Source: Planctomycetota bacterium (GTDB lineage Bacteria; Planctomycetota; UBA1135; UBA2386). Taken from it: DNA of 64,000 nucleotides. The position numbers were made by a program, and so were the translations under genes. Position 1 is the stretch's first letter. Each line of letters starts with the position of its first letter. This document shows, in pieces, positions 61,535-64,000 of this stretch. Under the pieces are notes generated by a model that ran no database searches, had not been told where the DNA came from, and saw nothing but the letters and a program-made list of their open reading frames with translations. The stretch lies in NCBI GenBank assembly GCA_046290465.1, contig JBKAGP010000001.1:2272001-2336000 (forward strand). The letters are read 5' to 3'.

Positions 61535-61825
61535 TCAGGCCACGTCGACGTCGGCCGGCCGATCGAGGCCGCGACGCTCGAGCTCGGCGATGCGGCCCTC
61601 GAGGCGGCGGACCAGCCGGTCCTCGCCGCGCTGCAACGCGGCCCGCAACACGATCGCGAGGAACGCCGACCCCAGCGCCACGGCGGTGATCAGCAGCACG
61701 AACACGTCGACGTGCACCATCACCTGGTTCTGCAGCAGGCGGAACACGTCGCACGCAGCGAACGCGAAGTAGCCACCGAGCCCGGCGAGCACGGCGGCGG
61801 AGAGGACGACGATGAACGACTTCAT
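61535..61825 (-). CDS. Small two-TM membrane protein
   Basis: Two hydrophobic segments plus a short coiled coil; GGAG RBS. Confidence 0.6.
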   Translation of the reverse strand: MKSFIVVLSAAVLAGLGGYFAFAACDVFRLLQNQVMVHVDVFVLLITAVALGSAFLAIVLRAALQRGEDRLVRRLEGRIAELERRGLDRPADVDVA

Positions 61826-61849
61826 GGGGATCTCCGTGGCGGCAGGGAC

Positions 61850-62506
61850 CTATGGCTGCATCAGGCGCCGCACCGCGCGCTGCACGGCGTCGACGGCGGC
61901 CCCGAGGTTCCAGGCGCCGCGGTCGCGGTCGCCGGTCCAGTTGCTGATCGCGCGCACGTGCAGCAGCGGCACCTCGAGCTTGCGGCAGACGTAGGCGACG
62001 GCGGCCCCCTCCATCGTCTCGACGTCGCCGCCGCCACCGCGCTGGCGCGCGCGTCGCGACGCCTCGTCGGTGCCGCTGCAGCTGCTGACGGTCAATCCGT
62101 GCACGCTCGGGCAGCCGAGCCGCACGGCCGCATCCCTGGCCAGCCGCGGATCGGCCAGGAACGGGCCGCAGTCGCCGAGCTGCATCGAGCCGAGGTCGAG
62201 GAAGCCGTCGGGCGTCTCGACGCCCTCGTCGGCCAGCAGGTCGTGGCTGACGACCGCGACGTCGCCGATGTCGAGCGGCGGCGGCCCGTCGCGGTGGCGC
62301 TCCGGGTAGGCGCCGGCGACGCCGAACAACAGCACCGCGCGCACGCCGTCGCGGCGCCGCAACAGGTCGGCGGCGCCGAACGCAGCGGCGGTCTTGCCGA
62401 CGCCGATCGACTGCACGCCGAGGTCCTCGAGCCCGTGCCCCTCGATCGGCGCCGCGTGCAGCAACAGGAACTCGGAGCGCGGGATGCCGCCGAGCCCTTC
62501 GCTCAT
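61850..62506 (-). CDS. mqnB: Futalosine hydrolase (PNP/MTAN superfamily, menaquinone futalosine pathway)
   Basis: GVGKTAAA, FGVAGAY, ADEGVETPDGFLDL, TVSSCSGT, ETMEGAAVA, RAISNWTGDRDRGAWNL. Confidence 0.88.
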   Translation of the reverse strand: MSEGLGGIPRSEFLLLHAAPIEGHGLEDLGVQSIGVGKTAAAFGAADLLRRRDGVRAVLLFGVAGAYPERHRDGPPPLDIGDVAVVSHDLLADEGVETPDGFLDLGSMQLGDCGPFLADPRLARDAAVRLGCPSVHGLTVSSCSGTDEASRRARQRGGGGDVETMEGAAVAYVCRKLEVPLLHVRAISNWTGDRDRGAWNLGAAVDAVQRAVRRLMQP

Positions 62507-64000
62507 CGCACCGTCACCGACACGCCCTTGCCGTTGGCCGCCAACAGGCGCTCGAAGGCGTCGTCGTCGAATGCATAGCGTTCGGCGACCTCGCGCCAGC
62601 CGTCGGCGACCGCGAGGAACATGCAGGTCTCGCGCGCGCTCGGCTGATGCCCGGTGGCCTCGACCGTCAGCGACTCGATGCCCGACACCTGGCGCAGGAA
62701 GCGCTGCAGGTTGGCCGCCTGCTGGCACGCGAGGCCGTCCTGGTAGTCGAGTTCTTGCAGCATCGCGACCGCGCACAGGCACGCCGGGCGCCCGTACGAT
62801 TCGAGCCGCTGCGCCAGCAACGGCACGAACCGCGGCGACTCAGCCAGCGGCTGCAGCATCTCGCGGTAGGCCTCGAAGTCCTCGGGCACCGAGACCCGCG
62901 CCAGGTCGAGCGGCCGCAGCGTCTGCGGCCGGTTGCGCTGCGCGGCGCGGCGGCCGCTCTTGAGCTTGTCGTCGACCAGGCTGCGCACGCGGCGGCTCAA
63001 CCGCGGCCCTTCTTCGACCTGCTGCACCACCGCGTAGCTGTTGGGTTCGGCGTAGGAGACCGCGTGCGGCGCAGCGCGCAGCATCGTGTAGAAGAAGCCG
63101 AGCGTGACGATCAGCACGGCGGCGAACAGGGCGACGAACCCGAACGCCGAACTGCCGCCGCGACGGCGCCGACGGGCCGCGGCGTGCTGCGCGTCCTGGC
63201 GCCGCTCGGAGAAGCTGCGACGCGGCGGCAACGGCGGCATCGCCGGGTTGGGCGGGCTGCGCCGCAACTGCGGGCCACCGGCGGCACGCTCGTGCGGCAG
63301 CGGCGGCGGCAGGCAGGACGGGATCGCTGGCGGTTCGTGCCGGAGCCTCGGGCCGTTCGACGGGTTGTTCGACTGGTTGTTTCGCTGGCCCTGCGACGGA
63401 CTCTTCGATCGGGCCGGCGGTGGCACCATCGCCGCGCGGCGCGGCACCGCGCCTTCGAGGTGGGCAACCGGTCCGAACGCGGCGATCATCTCGTCGACCG
63501 ACTGGAACCGCGCTTCGGGATCCTTGGCGAGGCTCCTGGTCAACACGCTGCGCTCGGTCGCGGTCAGCAGCGCCGGCAGCTCGGGTCGGGCCGTCTCGTG
63601 CTTGCGCAGCACCTCCCACTCGCTGTCGCCGGTGAACGGCACCTTGCCGCACAGGATCTCGTAGAGCATCACGCCGAGCGAGTAGATGTCGCTGCGCTGG
63701 TCGCCGCGCCGCTGCAGCATCTCGGGCGCCATGTAGTACGGCGTGCCCCGCCCCATCGACAGGCTGCCGCGCGAGTGCGTCACCAGCTTGGACAGACCGT
63801 AGTCGCCGAGCCGCGCCACGCCGCCCTTCAGGAACACGTTCGCCGGCTTGATGTCGAAGTGCACCAGCGAACGTTCGTGCAGCGCCTGCAGCCCGCGCGC
63901 CGCCTGCAGGAACGCCCGCACCAGCTCGCCCTTCTCGTCCGCCGTCGGCGGCCGGCCCTCCGGCATCTTGTCGCGCAGCGTCTCGGTGCCCGCGAACGCC
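62503..64000 (-). CDS. Ser/Thr protein kinase with Pro-rich linker and TM segment, 5'-truncated by the window edge
   Basis: HFDIKPANVF, LGDYGL, GTPYYMAPE, SDIYSLG; TM segment FGFVALFAAVLIVTLGFFY. Confidence 0.88.
   Translation of the reverse strand, partial: AFAGTETLRDKMPEGRPPTADEKGELVRAFLQAARGLQALHERSLVHFDIKPANVFLKGGVARLGDYGLSKLVTHSRGSLSMGRGTPYYMAPEMLQRRGDQRSDIYSLGVMLYEILCGKVPFTGDSEWEVLRKHETARPELPALLTATERSVLTRSLAKDPEARFQSVDEMIAAFGPVAHLEGAVPRRAAMVPPPARSKSPSQGQRNNQSNNPSNGPRLRHEPPAIPSCLPPPLPHERAAGGPQLRRSPPNPAMPPLPPRRSFSERRQDAQHAAARRRRRGGSSAFGFVALFAAVLIVTLGFFYTMLRAAPHAVSYAEPNSYAVVQQVEEGPRLSRRVRSLVDDKLKSGRRAAQRNRPQTLRPLDLARVSVPEDFEAYREMLQPLAESPRFVPLLAQRLESYGRPACLCAVAMLQELDYQDGLACQQAANLQRFLRQVSGIESLTVEATGHQPSARETCMFLAVADGWREVAERYAFDDDAFERLLAANGKGVSVTVR

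Overview
A 64-kb, very GC-rich (about 70%) and densely coding bacterial chromosomal segment. The gene content (ECF sigma fused to a large periplasmic extension, Ser/Thr kinase-FGE fusions, many secreted proteins, the futalosine-pathway gene mqnB) suggests a Planctomycetota-like organism, which is an inference. Housekeeping or recognisable loci: an SLC13/TrkA-C transporter, tex, an enoyl-CoA hydratase, a MacAB-like ABC exporter, a diheme cytochrome c peroxidase, a CoA-ligase/thiolase/FadJ beta-oxidation operon, a PPIase, an RdgC-like pair, an M28 peptidase, a CzcCBA-like RND metal efflux operon, mqnB and two Hanks kinases. No rRNA, tRNA or CRISPR array was seen. The most notable signals are: (1) a hidden selenoprotein at 50005-51396 (in-frame TGA in a deiodinase-like CxxU motif with a SECIS-like hairpin, fused to a DsbD-alpha-like module and EF-hands); (2) a five-gene kinase / regulator / Rab-like small GTPase / coiled-coil / membrane protein module at 14262-18954; (3) two tandem secreted beta-helix genes that are near-identical except for one divergent 188-bp cassette, coupled to a 1381-aa secreted hydrolase-propeller protein; (4) an HUH/RAYT-type transposase bounded by perfect 36-bp inverted repeats; (5) an in-frame spare C-terminus after the peroxidase stop codon that shows a coding-type divergence pattern; (6) a patatin-ferredoxin fusion; and (7) a 19-bp bidirectional leaderless promoter candidate. 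All family assignments come from motif recognition by eye; no database searches were run.
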